30,807 bases of DNA from Promethearchaeota archaeon (GCA_008080735.1 SHMW01000030.1:10100-40906), one strand, 5' to 3'; positions 20,067-30,134 are shown, counted from the first letter of the stretch. Numbers and translations: made by a program. Notes: generated by a model not told the origin, from the sequence alone.

Positions 20067-21242
20067 ATGGTTTTTTTAAAGGTGAGACAAATCAAGAAAT
20101 CAGCCACATTGTTCATTACTTTAGGATTGCTTATTGGTAGCGCGATTCTTATTTTTTCATATAATTTTATTTTTGATTCTAGACTTTCAGTGAAAAACCT
20201 TGATATAGACCTACAATATAATGCCTCAAATTCTTATGTATTTATCAAAAACCAGACTCAAGACATTGGAAATAGAATTCCCGGGACTCCGGAAAGCAAG
20301 GAATGTGTCCAGTTTTTTATATCCGAATTCAAAAAAATAGATAATGATTATTCCTATTTTTATCATAACTTTAGCGTGTACGAAACCAATTGCACCAATG
20401 TTCTTTTTAAAATGAACGAAGATAAGAAACAGATTGTTATATTAGGAGCCCATTATGATTCAAGAGCACGAGCCACAAAAGATATAAGTTCGAATCGGGA
20501 TATACCCGTGCCCGGTGCAAACGATGGAGCAAGTGGATGTGCCGTCTTATTAGAACTCGCAAGGATCTTATATCCCCAACGAGAAAATCTGACATGCCAG
20601 ATCTGGTTTCTCTTTTTTGATGCCGAAGATCAAGGATATGATTATGGATACGGCATACCTGATTGGGATTGGTGTGAGGGATCGGAACGATTTGTAAACG
20701 AACTTGAGAATTTCTATTACCCTAACAATGAGACTATTGAATGTATGTTACTTTTCGATATGGTGGGTGGAACGGGATTGCAATTTATTAACGAACAATA
20801 TTCCACCTCTTCTTTATTAGATGAGCTTTTTGCTGTGGGACGTGCCTTAGGATTTACATACGTATTCCCAATTAATCCAGAAGTTAATTCTATAATCGAC
20901 GATCACAAGGCATTTGTGGACTCTGAAATACCATCTGCGGACTTAATTATCAATTTTTGGAATAATCCTTGCTGGCCGTATCATCATACGATAAACGATA
21001 CGCTACAACATATCTCAAATGAGAGTCTGGAGATTACAGGTAAGACAGTTGAGCAATTTATTTATAATAATTACTTAGATGTACCGTGGAATTTATATAA
21101 GGGCAATTATCCTTGGAATATAGATCAAACTCGTTTATCTACACAAATAATTACGCAAATTTTAATTCTTATTGGAATTATATCCATAGCAGTTGCCGGA
21201 TATTTGATTTATATAGGTTTGAAATCCAGTCACAGAAATTAG
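20067..21242 (+). CDS. M28-family Zn peptidase / glutaminyl-cyclase-like, membrane anchored
   Basis: GAHYDS, GANDGASG, FDAED, LFDMVG, DDH and HHTIND motifs; hydrophobic segments at both ends. Confidence 0.88.
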   Translation: MVFLKVRQIKKSATLFITLGLLIGSAILIFSYNFIFDSRLSVKNLDIDLQYNASNSYVFIKNQTQDIGNRIPGTPESKECVQFFISEFKKIDNDYSYFYHNFSVYETNCTNVLFKMNEDKKQIVILGAHYDSRARATKDISSNRDIPVPGANDGASGCAVLLELARILYPQRENLTCQIWFLFFDAEDQGYDYGYGIPDWDWCEGSERFVNELENFYYPNNETIECMLLFDMVGGTGLQFINEQYSTSSLLDELFAVGRALGFTYVFPINPEVNSIIDDHKAFVDSEIPSADLIINFWNNPCWPYHHTINDTLQHISNESLEITGKTVEQFIYNNYLDVPWNLYKGNYPWNIDQTRLSTQIITQILILIGIISIAVAGYLIYIGLKSSHRN

Positions 21243-21410
21243 GATTTTTATAATTTTTTAAATCAGTTTTAATACTTAATAAATGCTCTTATGAGATTTA
21301 TTGGCAATTCTATTTATCTATACCAATATTTTGTTCGAACTAGTCCAAAAGTGTATTTTTATTTTTTATACCACATTTATTATGATATAATTTTTTGTAG
21401 TTTAAACAAG

Positions 21411-22049
21411 ATGGATACTAGATCTGAAAATCATAAATCTTCGAATGAGAAGAAACCCCAACCTAAGAAAAAATTAATCCTTTATGTGCTCCTCATTGGA
21501 ATTGCTATTGCGTCCCCTTTTCTTATTTATTGGATTCTTCAGCTTTCTTTAAACACAAACTCACCAATGGTCGTAGTGGTGTCCGGATCAATGGAGCCTA
21601 CACTTTCTAAGGGTGATCTTCTCTTTCTATACGGAAAAGAGCCCGTAGATATCAAGAATGGTACTGCAGAAGATAAGAACGGCGATATCATCGTATTCGA
21701 TGCGGTTGGTCTATGGCCTAGTGCACCTAATGAGCCAATTGTGCATAGAGTGATAGATAAAAGAATAGTTGGCGATACGTGGGAATTTAGAACAAAAGGA
21801 GACGCGAATACATCTCCCGATCCGGTATGGATTTCCGAAGAAAGAATTTTAGGAGTTGTTTGTGGTATGATACCTTTTATTGGATGGATAAAAATACTCT
21901 TCACTGAATCTGGGTTATTAATCCCGTTGATTGTCATTGTTCTATTCGTTCTAATCATCAGTCTCATTTGGGATTTTATGAAGGAGGAAACTCAAAAAAA
22001 GGAATCTCAACTTCATAAGTCTGATGAAAAGAAAGAGAAATTGTTATAA
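21411..22049 (+). CDS. sec11: Signal peptidase I, archaeal/eukaryotic Sec11 type
   Basis: VVVSGSMEPTL..GD, PIVHRV and TKGDAN motifs (Ser/His dyad). ATG 21411 preferred over 21291. Confidence 0.92.
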   Translation: MDTRSENHKSSNEKKPQPKKKLILYVLLIGIAIASPFLIYWILQLSLNTNSPMVVVVSGSMEPTLSKGDLLFLYGKEPVDIKNGTAEDKNGDIIVFDAVGLWPSAPNEPIVHRVIDKRIVGDTWEFRTKGDANTSPDPVWISEERILGVVCGMIPFIGWIKILFTESGLLIPLIVIVLFVLIISLIWDFMKEETQKKESQLHKSDEKKEKLL

Positions 22050-22299
22050 AAATCAGGAGATTTGATTTTAGCATTCCACCCAGTTTAATCTACGCATATA
22101 AAAAACTTTAAAAAATCTTCCAATTTATTTACCATAAGCTTATCATATTTAACTATGATGGCAAAATTATCGTAATTGAATTACACCCGAATTAATTACG
22201 AAATAAGTAGTGTAATGAAATAAATAAAATTTAGTATAGCAAGAACCCTATACAACCGAAATAAAATCAAAACAAATAATTCAGTAGAGGAAAGTGAAA

Positions 22300-22575
22300 A
22301 TGGCAGATGAAAATGCAGTATATGTGGGCAGACGCCCCACTATGAACTATGTTATGGCGACTATGATGATTTTGAATAAAGGAGAGAATTGTGTCGTGAA
22401 AGCACGAGGACGAGCAATCTCTCATGCGGTAGATGTCTGTGAAATTCTGAGAAATCGCTTTTTAAAAGGTACAGAATACGAAGATATTAAATTAAGCACT
22501 GAAGTCCTTGAAGGAGAAAACGGTCAGTCTAATAACGTAAGTTCGATTGAAATTACATTAAAACCACCTGAGTAA
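22300..22575 (+). CDS. albA: DNA/RNA-binding protein Alba
   Basis: VYVGRRPTMNYV, KARGRAISHAVDV and VSSIEI motifs. Confidence 0.95.
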   Translation: MADENAVYVGRRPTMNYVMATMMILNKGENCVVKARGRAISHAVDVCEILRNRFLKGTEYEDIKLSTEVLEGENGQSNNVSSIEITLKPPE

Positions 22576-22776
22576 AATCTGAGACGCTAGAGGTAAATTG
22601 AGCTCGTAGATACTCAAACACACCATCTTTTTTTTATTTTTAATTACTTTTATTCTTTCAATTCGAAAGTTTAGATTTAGGTGAAAATAAGATCTAATTA
22701 GTTTCAATGAAAATACTATAGGTTTAAATATATAATTTCGAAAAAAGGAATACCAATAACTAAATTGGTAATGATT

Positions 22777-22887
22777 ATGAAAAAGAAAACAATTGCCGCA
22801 TTAGCATTAATGCTGGTAGTAGCTTATGGGTTAAGCTTAGCGACTGCAGGAGTAAGTATTCCTGGCTGCTCTGAAAGCTCTCCATAA
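22777..22887 (+). CDS. Putative secreted micropeptide (36 aa; signal peptide plus ~12-aa tail)
   Basis: MKKKTIAALALMLVVAYGLSLATA-GVSIPGCSESSP. Higher GC than the AT-rich spacer, with a T-tract downstream. Alternative start at 22771. Confidence 0.55.
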   Translation: MKKKTIAALALMLVVAYGLSLATAGVSIPGCSESSP

Positions 22888-23383
22888 TTAAAGTGAATCT
22901 GCTCCAGTATATACTTTTCCTTTTTTTATTTTAAATAAGATTGTTAAGATCTCAAAAAATTACATCTAATTTTTAAATCAATGGAATTCTATTTGTCATT
23001 AAATATAATAACTACTATCCATTCAAAAAATTTAAATTCTTTTTTAAAATGAGAGGGTTTTTCACAAAAAATATTTTATACGGAGTTTAAATATATTAAA
23101 ATACCGCTCTCTCAATTAAAATTCCAAACAATTATTATCCGTAATTCCTATATAGAATCTATTAAAAATATTAAATCTATAATATATTTTGCGCTATATT
23201 TAAATAATTCGTGGAAACAGAGTATTTATTTGTTTCTTCGCTTCTTCACATTTCTCATCAGAAAAATGCGAAAACGCCTATTATTCATCAGTTTGTAAAA
23301 ACATTTAAAAATGTACAAAATAATAATTAACTTAAGTTTTACGAAAACCTAATGAAATTTGAATAAAATAAGAGGAATAAATT

Positions 23384-23593
23384 ATGGCGAAAAAAAAAGC
23401 TGCAGCAGCTAATGTGGAACCACTTTATGTAAAATCTAAAATTCGAGAATATCTCAAGTCGAAGGACTGTAATACAAGCTCAAGTGTCATTGATGGCGAT
23501 AAGCTTAATGCTCGAATCATCGAGATACTAGATCGGGCCATCGATCGAGCTAAAAAGAATGGCAGAAAGACTGTAAAACCTCGGGATATTTAA
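23384..23593 (+). CDS. Histone-fold protein, alpha3-truncated type, with short Lys-rich N-terminal extension
   Basis: YVKSKIREYL, NTS and RAIDRAKKNGRKTVKPRDI (RxTxxxxD) at the extreme C-terminus; GAGG RBS. Confidence 0.88.
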   Translation: MAKKKAAAANVEPLYVKSKIREYLKSKDCNTSSSVIDGDKLNARIIEILDRAIDRAKKNGRKTVKPRDI

Positions 23594-23657
23594 ATTAGTT
23601 TAAATAAATTTTTTTTTAATCTTTCCTATTCTTTTCTTTTTTTATATAAAAACCTCA

Positions 23658-24323
23658 TTAATGGGAGATGGAAGTTAACTGTTGGAGCTTGTTTTGGATT
23701 GACTTTTGTTCAACCTTAATTACTTCCAGATAAGCATCCATCGAATCGAGTCGAGAAAATTTTGTACTTCCCTTACGTTCTTTTAAAATATAATTAATAA
23801 TTTTTTTATCCCCTATGCGTTTTAAAGTGGCATCATACATACGAAGAATACCTGCAAAATGCCGTGGATAATTATCATATTCGAGTAATATTTCATCCCC
23901 CGTCGCACCAGCCTCTATTTTACCTTTAATTGTGTTGAAGAAATTTAGTTTCTCTTCATACATTTTTCTCTGTTTTTTTGCTATCTTTTCAGTTTTTTGT
24001 TTAGATTCTTTAACTAATTGCTTATGTTCACGATCATAATTTTCTTTCTGGGCTACTATTTCTTTTGCGAGTCTTTGAATGGTATTCATAATTCGGTGGG
24101 GGTTGAGATCGGGAATAGCCACAGCCCGCAGTACCCACTTAACGATTTCATTTTGATTGGGATATTTATCCTCACATTTCTCATATTCATGCGTAGCAAT
24201 GACATTATCAGCTTTGAGAATTTGTGAAAACCATACATCTCCTAAGAATCCAAGTTGAAGTGAATAGGAGGTTCCTGGAATTTTTAGTTTTTGAGTTAAA
24301 AAATCAAATTTCGTTTCTTTCAT
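23658..24323 (-). CDS. Hypothetical protein
   Basis: 221-aa ORF with a charged, coiled-coil-like middle; no motif recognised. Confidence 0.7.
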   Translation of the reverse strand: MKETKFDFLTQKLKIPGTSYSLQLGFLGDVWFSQILKADNVIATHEYEKCEDKYPNQNEIVKWVLRAVAIPDLNPHRIMNTIQRLAKEIVAQKENYDREHKQLVKESKQKTEKIAKKQRKMYEEKLNFFNTIKGKIEAGATGDEILLEYDNYPRHFAGILRMYDATLKRIGDKKIINYILKERKGSTKFSRLDSMDAYLEVIKVEQKSIQNKLQQLTSISH

Positions 24324-24497
24324 ACAAAACTATAGTTGGTAGTAATATAATTGGGATATTTTTTGTTCTAAAAATTGAATTATTAGATATTTATTAGATA
24401 TGCTTTTTTCAAATAAATCTTTTATGTGAAAATCTATGGACGAAAAGAATTTTCCAGTATTAAAATCAAAAAAAGAGAGAAAAGAAAAGTTTTTAAT

Positions 24498-24719
24498 TTA
24501 GTGCTCAAGATTCCAGATCAAGGTTTCAAGATACTGAGCGTGAAATGAATCTTTATCTTCTAATTCTTTATATGCTTTTTTATATTTTCTAAGTTCCTTT
24601 GATTGTTTCATTTTTTCCACATCAAGATATCCTTGAGCAAAGTCCTTCCAAAATCCCTTAGCTGATTGCCGCGAATTATTCTCGACGGCATTCACAGCAG
24701 TTTTAACCACTACTTCCAT
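24498..24719 (-). CDS. Small hypothetical protein (73 aa)
   Basis: ATG at 24719 preceded by AAGGTGA RBS; the ORF-track GTG start lies within the RBS. Confidence 0.7.
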   Translation of the reverse strand: MEVVVKTAVNAVENNSRQSAKGFWKDFAQGYLDVEKMKQSKELRKYKKAYKELEDKDSFHAQYLETLIWNLEH

Positions 24720-24820
24720 TTTAATCTTCACCTTTTTTATTTTAGTTTTTTTAATGTTTTCTTTCTATGATTAAAACCTTTAGAAATGATTTAAAGAATT
24801 TGATAAGAAGAATTTTTGTT

Positions 24821-24842
24821 ATTTTGACAAATCAATTTTTCA
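24821..24842. promoter_or_regulatory. 22-bp motif with a TTTGnCAAA palindrome, copy 1
   Basis: ATTTTGACAAATCAATTTTTCA is the exact reverse complement of 30113-30134. Confidence 0.55.
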
Positions 24843-24961
24843 AAATCAGAATTGGTGAAATGAATTTATCTTCTCGGAGTAGGATCAGAAATATTTATTT
24901 TCTTATCCAAGAATTTAAAGAATAAATTTAATAATTTACATGGTAAAGATATTTGAGAATT

Positions 24962-25075
24962 TTGAACTACCAACCCCTAAAAATGCTGGATTCTTGCTTC
25001 ATTGACCACTGCACCTAAATAGTGTCTTATACGATCTCCACAAGCGTAACTTCCCGTAGTCCCTAAGGTAGGTCA
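24962..25075 (-). ncRNA. Putative TnpB omegaRNA/reRNA scaffold
   Basis: Resembles the conserved right-end region downstream of tnpB in IS605-group elements; boundaries approximate. Confidence 0.5.
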
Positions 25076-25311
25076 TGAAATGACGGTGATACCACTACTC
25101 CCGGTCTCTTTTATGCACACGGGTTGATGGTATTTTCCTATAACGATTAGGTCATAGATGAGGGAATAGACTCTATGAGGCTCTTTTCGATATTCCATTA
25201 TGAAATTATTACCTTGGATTGGATAAAAAGGATATACCTGCTTGAGTTTAATGATTTTTACACGCATTCATCCACGCCCTAAAGAGGACATAGCTTTCTG
25301 AGTGAAAAGTG
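24962..25311 (-). mobile_element. Non-autonomous IS200/IS605-family remnant: left end, degenerate 5' tnpA, TnpB-type right end
   Basis: Minus strand: TTAC (25315-25312), then AAAG plus hairpin (left end). TnpA-like fragment MEYRKEPHRVYSLIYDLIVIGKY. Right end GGGACTACGGGAAGTTACGCTTGTGGAGA...GAAGCAAGAAT-hairpin-TTCAA. Confidence 0.8.
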
Positions 25312-25342
25312 GTAAAAAATTAAGAAAAAGAAAAAATAGTAT

Positions 25343-27565
25343 TTATCTATATAAATCAGAGACAGGTTCTTTAATTTCTAAAGAATAGGCTTTCTGAGCA
25401 CGCTTAGCGTTTTTAGAAACCTTTTCTAATGCGTTGTTGAATGCTTTTTTGGATATCTTTACTTTCTTAACAGACTCCCAATCATCAGCATTTATCTCTT
25501 CTTGATTAATAGCTTGACGGATTGTAAGAAGTATGGCCTCTTCACATAACGCCTTGATATCTGCCCCGCTAAAATCTGCGATGATCTCTGCAAGCTCGTC
25601 TAAATCAACATTATCTGAGATCGGCTTTTTTTGAAGATGGATTTCTAAGATCTTTTTTCGAGCATCTTTATTAGGCAAATGGATTTCAATTTGTCTACCA
25701 AATCTCCCCGCTCTTAATAGTGCAGGATCTAACATATCTGGTCTATTTGTCGCTGCTAACAGAATCACATCATTTAAACTTTCAAGCCCATCTATTTCTG
25801 TTAAAAGTTGAGACACGATTCTTTCCTCAATTTTAGAACCCTCGGTACTGCCTCTTCTGGTGGCAATTGCATCAATCTCATCAAAAAAGATGATGCATGG
25901 TGCTGCAGCTCGTGCCTTTCGGAATGTTTCCCGAACCGCTCTCTCACTCTCCCCAACCCACTTGGACAAGAATTCAGGTCCTTTTATAGAGATAAAATTC
26001 ACTTCACATTCATGCGCTAAAGCTTTTGCGATTAAAGTTTTTCCTGTACCTGGAGGTCCGTGTAAAAGGATACCACGGGGGGGATCAGAATCGAGATGGG
26101 TAAAGAGTTTCGGATATTTAAGAGGCCACTCTATTACTTCCTGCAACTGCAAAATTACATCCTCTAAACCCCCCACCTCATCCCATGTTTCTGATGGTTT
26201 AGTAATTAATACTTCTCTTAATGCAGAAGGCTCTATCATATTCAAAGCACTTAAGAAATGTTTCATTTCAATTTTTAAATTATTCAAAATATCAAGTGGT
26301 ATTGGTTGTTCTAGATCAATTTGAGGGATAATATCCCTGATGGCTAACATCGCAGCTTCTTTAGCCAGCGATTCAATATCAGCACCGACAAACCCATGAG
26401 TCTTTTTAGCAATTTCTCTTAGATTTACATTCTCTTTTAGGGGCATACCGCGTGTATGGATGAGTAAGATCTCATATCTCCCTTCCATATCAGGGACTCC
26501 TATCTCGATTTCCCGATCAAACCTCCCGGGTCTTCTAAGTGCTTCATCTATAGCATTCACACGGTTAGTAGCTCCTATAACGATTATTTCACCACGGTGT
26601 TTCAAACCATCCATCAACGCCAACAATTGAGCAACGACTCTTCTTTCAACCTCCCCAGCAACTTCTCCCCGTTTTGGGGCTATGGAATCCATCTCATCGA
26701 TGAATATAATAGAAGGCGCTCTTTCTTTTGCCTCATCAAATACTTTTCTTAAATTTTCTTCACTCTGCCCATAGAATTTGCTGGTTATTTCTGGACCACT
26801 GATGCTAATGAAATGAGCATCGGTTTCATATGCCACAGCTCGGGCCAATAAAGTCTTTCCTGTTCCAGGTGGACCATGTAATAATACTCCTTTTGGAGGT
26901 GATATACCAATACGTTTAAAAAGTTCTGGGTGTCGAATTGGTAATTCAATCATCTCTCTGATTTTTTGAATTGTTCCTTCCAATCCACCAATATCCTCAT
27001 ATGTTATTCTCGTTTGTTCGACATCTTTCAGCTCTTTATGAGTTTTTTCGCTAAGTATAATTTTAGTATCTAATGTTATTCTGATTGCTTTAACTTTTGG
27101 AGTAAAGTCAACAACAATTAAGTCAACTCTATGACCGTATGAATAAAAACTTAATATATCTTCCTTGGTGATAACTCTATTCTCCAGTTTTCTAACTAAT
27201 TGTTGGGAGCTTCGTAGCATAATAGCTTCTTCGATACCTGCAAAAACCACTTCTTCGGCTGGTTTGGTAGAAATCTTTTTAATTTTTACCAAATCATCAA
27301 TAGAGCAATCAATATTTCTTCTTAGAGAGGGATCTATCCTAATTATCCTCTTTCCTCTATCTTCTTCTTTTCCCGTTTGGAGGAGAGCTGCAGTTTTTTT
27401 ATGAGTAGCTGGATGAGAAATTTGAATAACATCTTTATTCTTTAGGTCTAACTCTTTCATAATTTCGGGGTCAATTCTCATAATTCCCTTTCCACTATCT
27501 TGCTTAAAAGCATCTTTAACTCTTAAGTTCCTATTATTTTTTGCGTATTTTGAATTATTTTCCAT
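25343..27565 (-). CDS. cdc48: CDC48/VCP/p97-family AAA+ ATPase
   Basis: N-domain, two GPPGTGKT Walker A motifs, FIDE/FFDE Walker B motifs, [11 protein letters not shown] and a C-terminal LYR. Confidence 0.96.
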   Translation of the reverse strand: MENNSKYAKNNRNLRVKDAFKQDSGKGIMRIDPEIMKELDLKNKDVIQISHPATHKKTAALLQTGKEEDRGKRIIRIDPSLRRNIDCSIDDLVKIKKISTKPAEEVVFAGIEEAIMLRSSQQLVRKLENRVITKEDILSFYSYGHRVDLIVVDFTPKVKAIRITLDTKIILSEKTHKELKDVEQTRITYEDIGGLEGTIQKIREMIELPIRHPELFKRIGISPPKGVLLHGPPGTGKTLLARAVAYETDAHFISISGPEITSKFYGQSEENLRKVFDEAKERAPSIIFIDEMDSIAPKRGEVAGEVERRVVAQLLALMDGLKHRGEIIVIGATNRVNAIDEALRRPGRFDREIEIGVPDMEGRYEILLIHTRGMPLKENVNLREIAKKTHGFVGADIESLAKEAAMLAIRDIIPQIDLEQPIPLDILNNLKIEMKHFLSALNMIEPSALREVLITKPSETWDEVGGLEDVILQLQEVIEWPLKYPKLFTHLDSDPPRGILLHGPPGTGKTLIAKALAHECEVNFISIKGPEFLSKWVGESERAVRETFRKARAAAPCIIFFDEIDAIATRRGSTEGSKIEERIVSQLLTEIDGLESLNDVILLAATNRPDMLDPALLRAGRFGRQIEIHLPNKDARKKILEIHLQKKPISDNVDLDELAEIIADFSGADIKALCEEAILLTIRQAINQEEINADDWESVKKVKISKKAFNNALEKVSKNAKRAQKAYSLEIKEPVSDLYR

Positions 27566-27650
27566 ATTCTTATCACCACCTTGTTGAAATTCTCTCTCTT
27601 TATTTCTAAGCGAAAGAGCAAGTATTAGAAATAAAAATAAAAAAAAATGG

Positions 27651-29357
27651 TTATTTAGCTAATATTTCTTGAGCCTTGTGGAAGGCATTGATGTAATTAA
27701 AGACTTTTTTGCCTCGAGTATTTGCTGCCTCTTTAAGAAGGGAGGATTCTGAATCTGATTTGAGCTTTCCTAAAGCTAGAGCACCAATTCCAAAAATACC
27801 TTTATAAATCTCTTCATTATCATGTTTTGGTTTTAAGCCTTCAATTCCATAGGGAGGAACTAAATTTATGTCGACTACGAGTTTTGTGCCCGTTAATTTT
27901 GACATTACTTCACTAGGAAGAACTTCCACTCCAGCGGCAGCTAAGGACCAAATTACATCTGCATCTTTAACGATATCTACTCGATCTTCTACAGTGGGTG
28001 CAAATATTCCGACGATTTCTGTTGCTTCTTCACCTGCCTCTGCATTAAGATCAGCTGCGAGTGTTTTTATTGATTTTTCATTTGCTTTATCCCAAGTCTC
28101 TACTATATATGTTTCAGCCTTTTGTTTTGCTGCCAATATTGCAGCTATTCTGGCTACTGGTCCTGCACCCATTATAGCTACCTTTTTACCCTCTAAAGAT
28201 TCTATTCCATGTTTTTCATGTGCGACTTTCAATGTTTTCGCCACCACGGCGGAGGCAGTCGTATGAGAGCCACGTGGATCTATTATTACAGGGCATTCAA
28301 ATGGGGTGACTAACGATTCTTGAACTTTTTTTGCAATTTTTTCTCCCTCTCTCACATTAGCACCACCAATGAAAAATGTGGTAGGTGCTTTAGGTTTTCT
28401 CGAGAAAATGGCATCTTGGACCAACTGCGGGACCTTTTCGGCAGTCATATTACTCACAGGAACCACTACATCAAATCCCGCATCATATGCCATATTGATA
28501 TCAAACGGGGATGCATAATCATCAGTATCAAAAAAGTAGCATATCTTTTCTGAATTGTCTTTTTTCTTGATTTTTATACCTGATAACTCAATAAGCGATT
28601 GCTTCGGTTGCTGGTCACTTTTTTTTATGCTTTCCACCCCTCCATCGGTATTTATTAGAATCGGGTTATTTTCTACTGCAACTTTTTTCTCTAACTTTAT
28701 TTGTTTGGTTTTAATATGTAAATCTTCCGCAAGCTCATTTATACCTTTGAAATGAGCCAAGTCGCAGATAAATATGCCCTTAATCTTTTCCTTTTCCATC
28801 TCTTTTGCGAGATTTACAATTTTCATCATCATCCAGGCTTCTCTTACTTCATATCTTACCTCATCTTCTTGTTGATCATATTCTCGCTGTAAATATTCTT
28901 TCCACAAGACAATTTGTTGGAATGTAGAATCCTTTTTCAGGGCAACACCATTATTTTGCTTTATCATTGCATCTATTTTGTTATTCAATTGCCTAATCAA
29001 ATAGTTATGTTGATCAAGTGTCGCTCTTAAATAATCTTCCGCATTTTCAGAAATATCAACCATCGAATAGGGAATCTTCTTTCTCTTAAACAAGCTTCTC
29101 AATGGATCATCATCAAGTAATTCTGGATCTCTATTACCCTTTTCTTCAACGACAAAATCTGGTTGATATTTGTCTATGTATTTCTCCATAAGATTAACAT
29201 ATTCTTTTGAAATTATGTTTAGATCCCAAGCCAAATTATCATCCCGCTTTTTGTCTTTTTCGAAATACCAGTCAATTGGAAATTCACTCTCTATCATCAC
29301 AAGGTCCAATTTCTTATGTTTCAAAGGTTTTAGTTTTAAAACTTTCTCTTCAACCAT
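27651..29357 (-). CDS. Fusion: uncharacterised N-terminal domain + NAD(P)-dependent methylene-H4MPT dehydrogenase (MtdB/MtdA-like)
   Basis: The C-terminal ~300 aa carry SPFDINMAYDAGFD, VQDAIFSR, FIGG, DPRGSHTTA, GAGPVA, AAAG, DINLVPPYGIEG and GIGALALG. Confidence 0.8.
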   Translation of the reverse strand: MVEEKVLKLKPLKHKKLDLVMIESEFPIDWYFEKDKKRDDNLAWDLNIISKEYVNLMEKYIDKYQPDFVVEEKGNRDPELLDDDPLRSLFKRKKIPYSMVDISENAEDYLRATLDQHNYLIRQLNNKIDAMIKQNNGVALKKDSTFQQIVLWKEYLQREYDQQEDEVRYEVREAWMMMKIVNLAKEMEKEKIKGIFICDLAHFKGINELAEDLHIKTKQIKLEKKVAVENNPILINTDGGVESIKKSDQQPKQSLIELSGIKIKKKDNSEKICYFFDTDDYASPFDINMAYDAGFDVVVPVSNMTAEKVPQLVQDAIFSRKPKAPTTFFIGGANVREGEKIAKKVQESLVTPFECPVIIDPRGSHTTASAVVAKTLKVAHEKHGIESLEGKKVAIMGAGPVARIAAILAAKQKAETYIVETWDKANEKSIKTLAADLNAEAGEEATEIVGIFAPTVEDRVDIVKDADVIWSLAAAGVEVLPSEVMSKLTGTKLVVDINLVPPYGIEGLKPKHDNEEIYKGIFGIGALALGKLKSDSESSLLKEAANTRGKKVFNYINAFHKAQEILAK

Positions 29358-29398
29358 TTTAGATTCTCACCTTTATGTTTTAATTTTTTTAATTTCGA

Positions 29399-30010
29399 TT
29401 AAAAAATAATTTGTTTAACATTATGCTTTTTCGTATAGGAGACTACTCTTACATTCAAGTCTCTGAGCAATTTAGCCACTTCTGAACAAATATCTTCACA
29501 GATATCCTCTTGTACGAAGTGCATAAAAGCCATCTCTTTATCTTTAAATGTTCGAGAGATATCGAGCATCTTCTTTACAATCCATTGTGGTCTAATTTTT
29601 AAGCTAAGCATAATCTCTTTTTCTTCTATCTCTTGTCTGAGCATATCAATCCAATTTTTCAAACTTAATCCCTTATAGGATTCCTTATCATTCATCTGTT
29701 GATACTCTTCTACTAATTCTTTGAATAATTCCTCTTTTTCCATAATCTCTTCATATAGATATCCCATCGCATATTCCGGAATATCAACTTGATGATAGGA
29801 TATGCCCATTTCTTCCAGAACCACCGCAAATTTCGTTTTACTAAATTCTCTCATATCAAAATCAAAATCGAATGTAACATATCTTATCTTTTTATCTGAG
29901 AGGAATTTGCGTAACGCTCCCATATCTCCGGGAAAATCATCTTTTCGCTTTTTGAACATATAAGCGACTAGGTCCTTTTTAGATGGCTTTAGTTCCAATA
30001 CTTCTACCAT
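29399..30010 (-). CDS. Hypothetical protein, paralogue of the N-terminal domain of the downstream MtdB fusion
   Basis: SYHQVDIPEYAMGYL vs PYSMVDISENAEDYL; IRPQWIVKKM vs VREAWMMMKI; similar N-termini and RBS. Confidence 0.75.
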   Translation of the reverse strand: MVEVLELKPSKKDLVAYMFKKRKDDFPGDMGALRKFLSDKKIRYVTFDFDFDMREFSKTKFAVVLEEMGISYHQVDIPEYAMGYLYEEIMEKEELFKELVEEYQQMNDKESYKGLSLKNWIDMLRQEIEEKEIMLSLKIRPQWIVKKMLDISRTFKDKEMAFMHFVQEDICEDICSEVAKLLRDLNVRVVSYTKKHNVKQIIF

Positions 30011-30112
30011 TTATATTCTCACCTTTTTAATTTTTTAGTTACTTTTATTTTCCTATGATAGGAACCTTTTGCAAAAATATAAGGAATTTGACAAAGAAAA
30101 TTTCTGAATTTA

Positions 30113-30134
30113 TGAAAAATTGATTTGTCAAAAT
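30113..30134. promoter_or_regulatory. 22-bp motif with a TTTGnCAAA palindrome, copy 2
   Basis: TGAAAAATTGATTTGTCAAAAT, with an additional TTTGACAAA at 30087-30095. Confidence 0.55.

Noticed and set aside
25073-25267. 64-aa ORF as a functional transposase
   Set aside because: Only a degenerate TnpA N-terminal fragment, with no HUH motif or catalytic Tyr.
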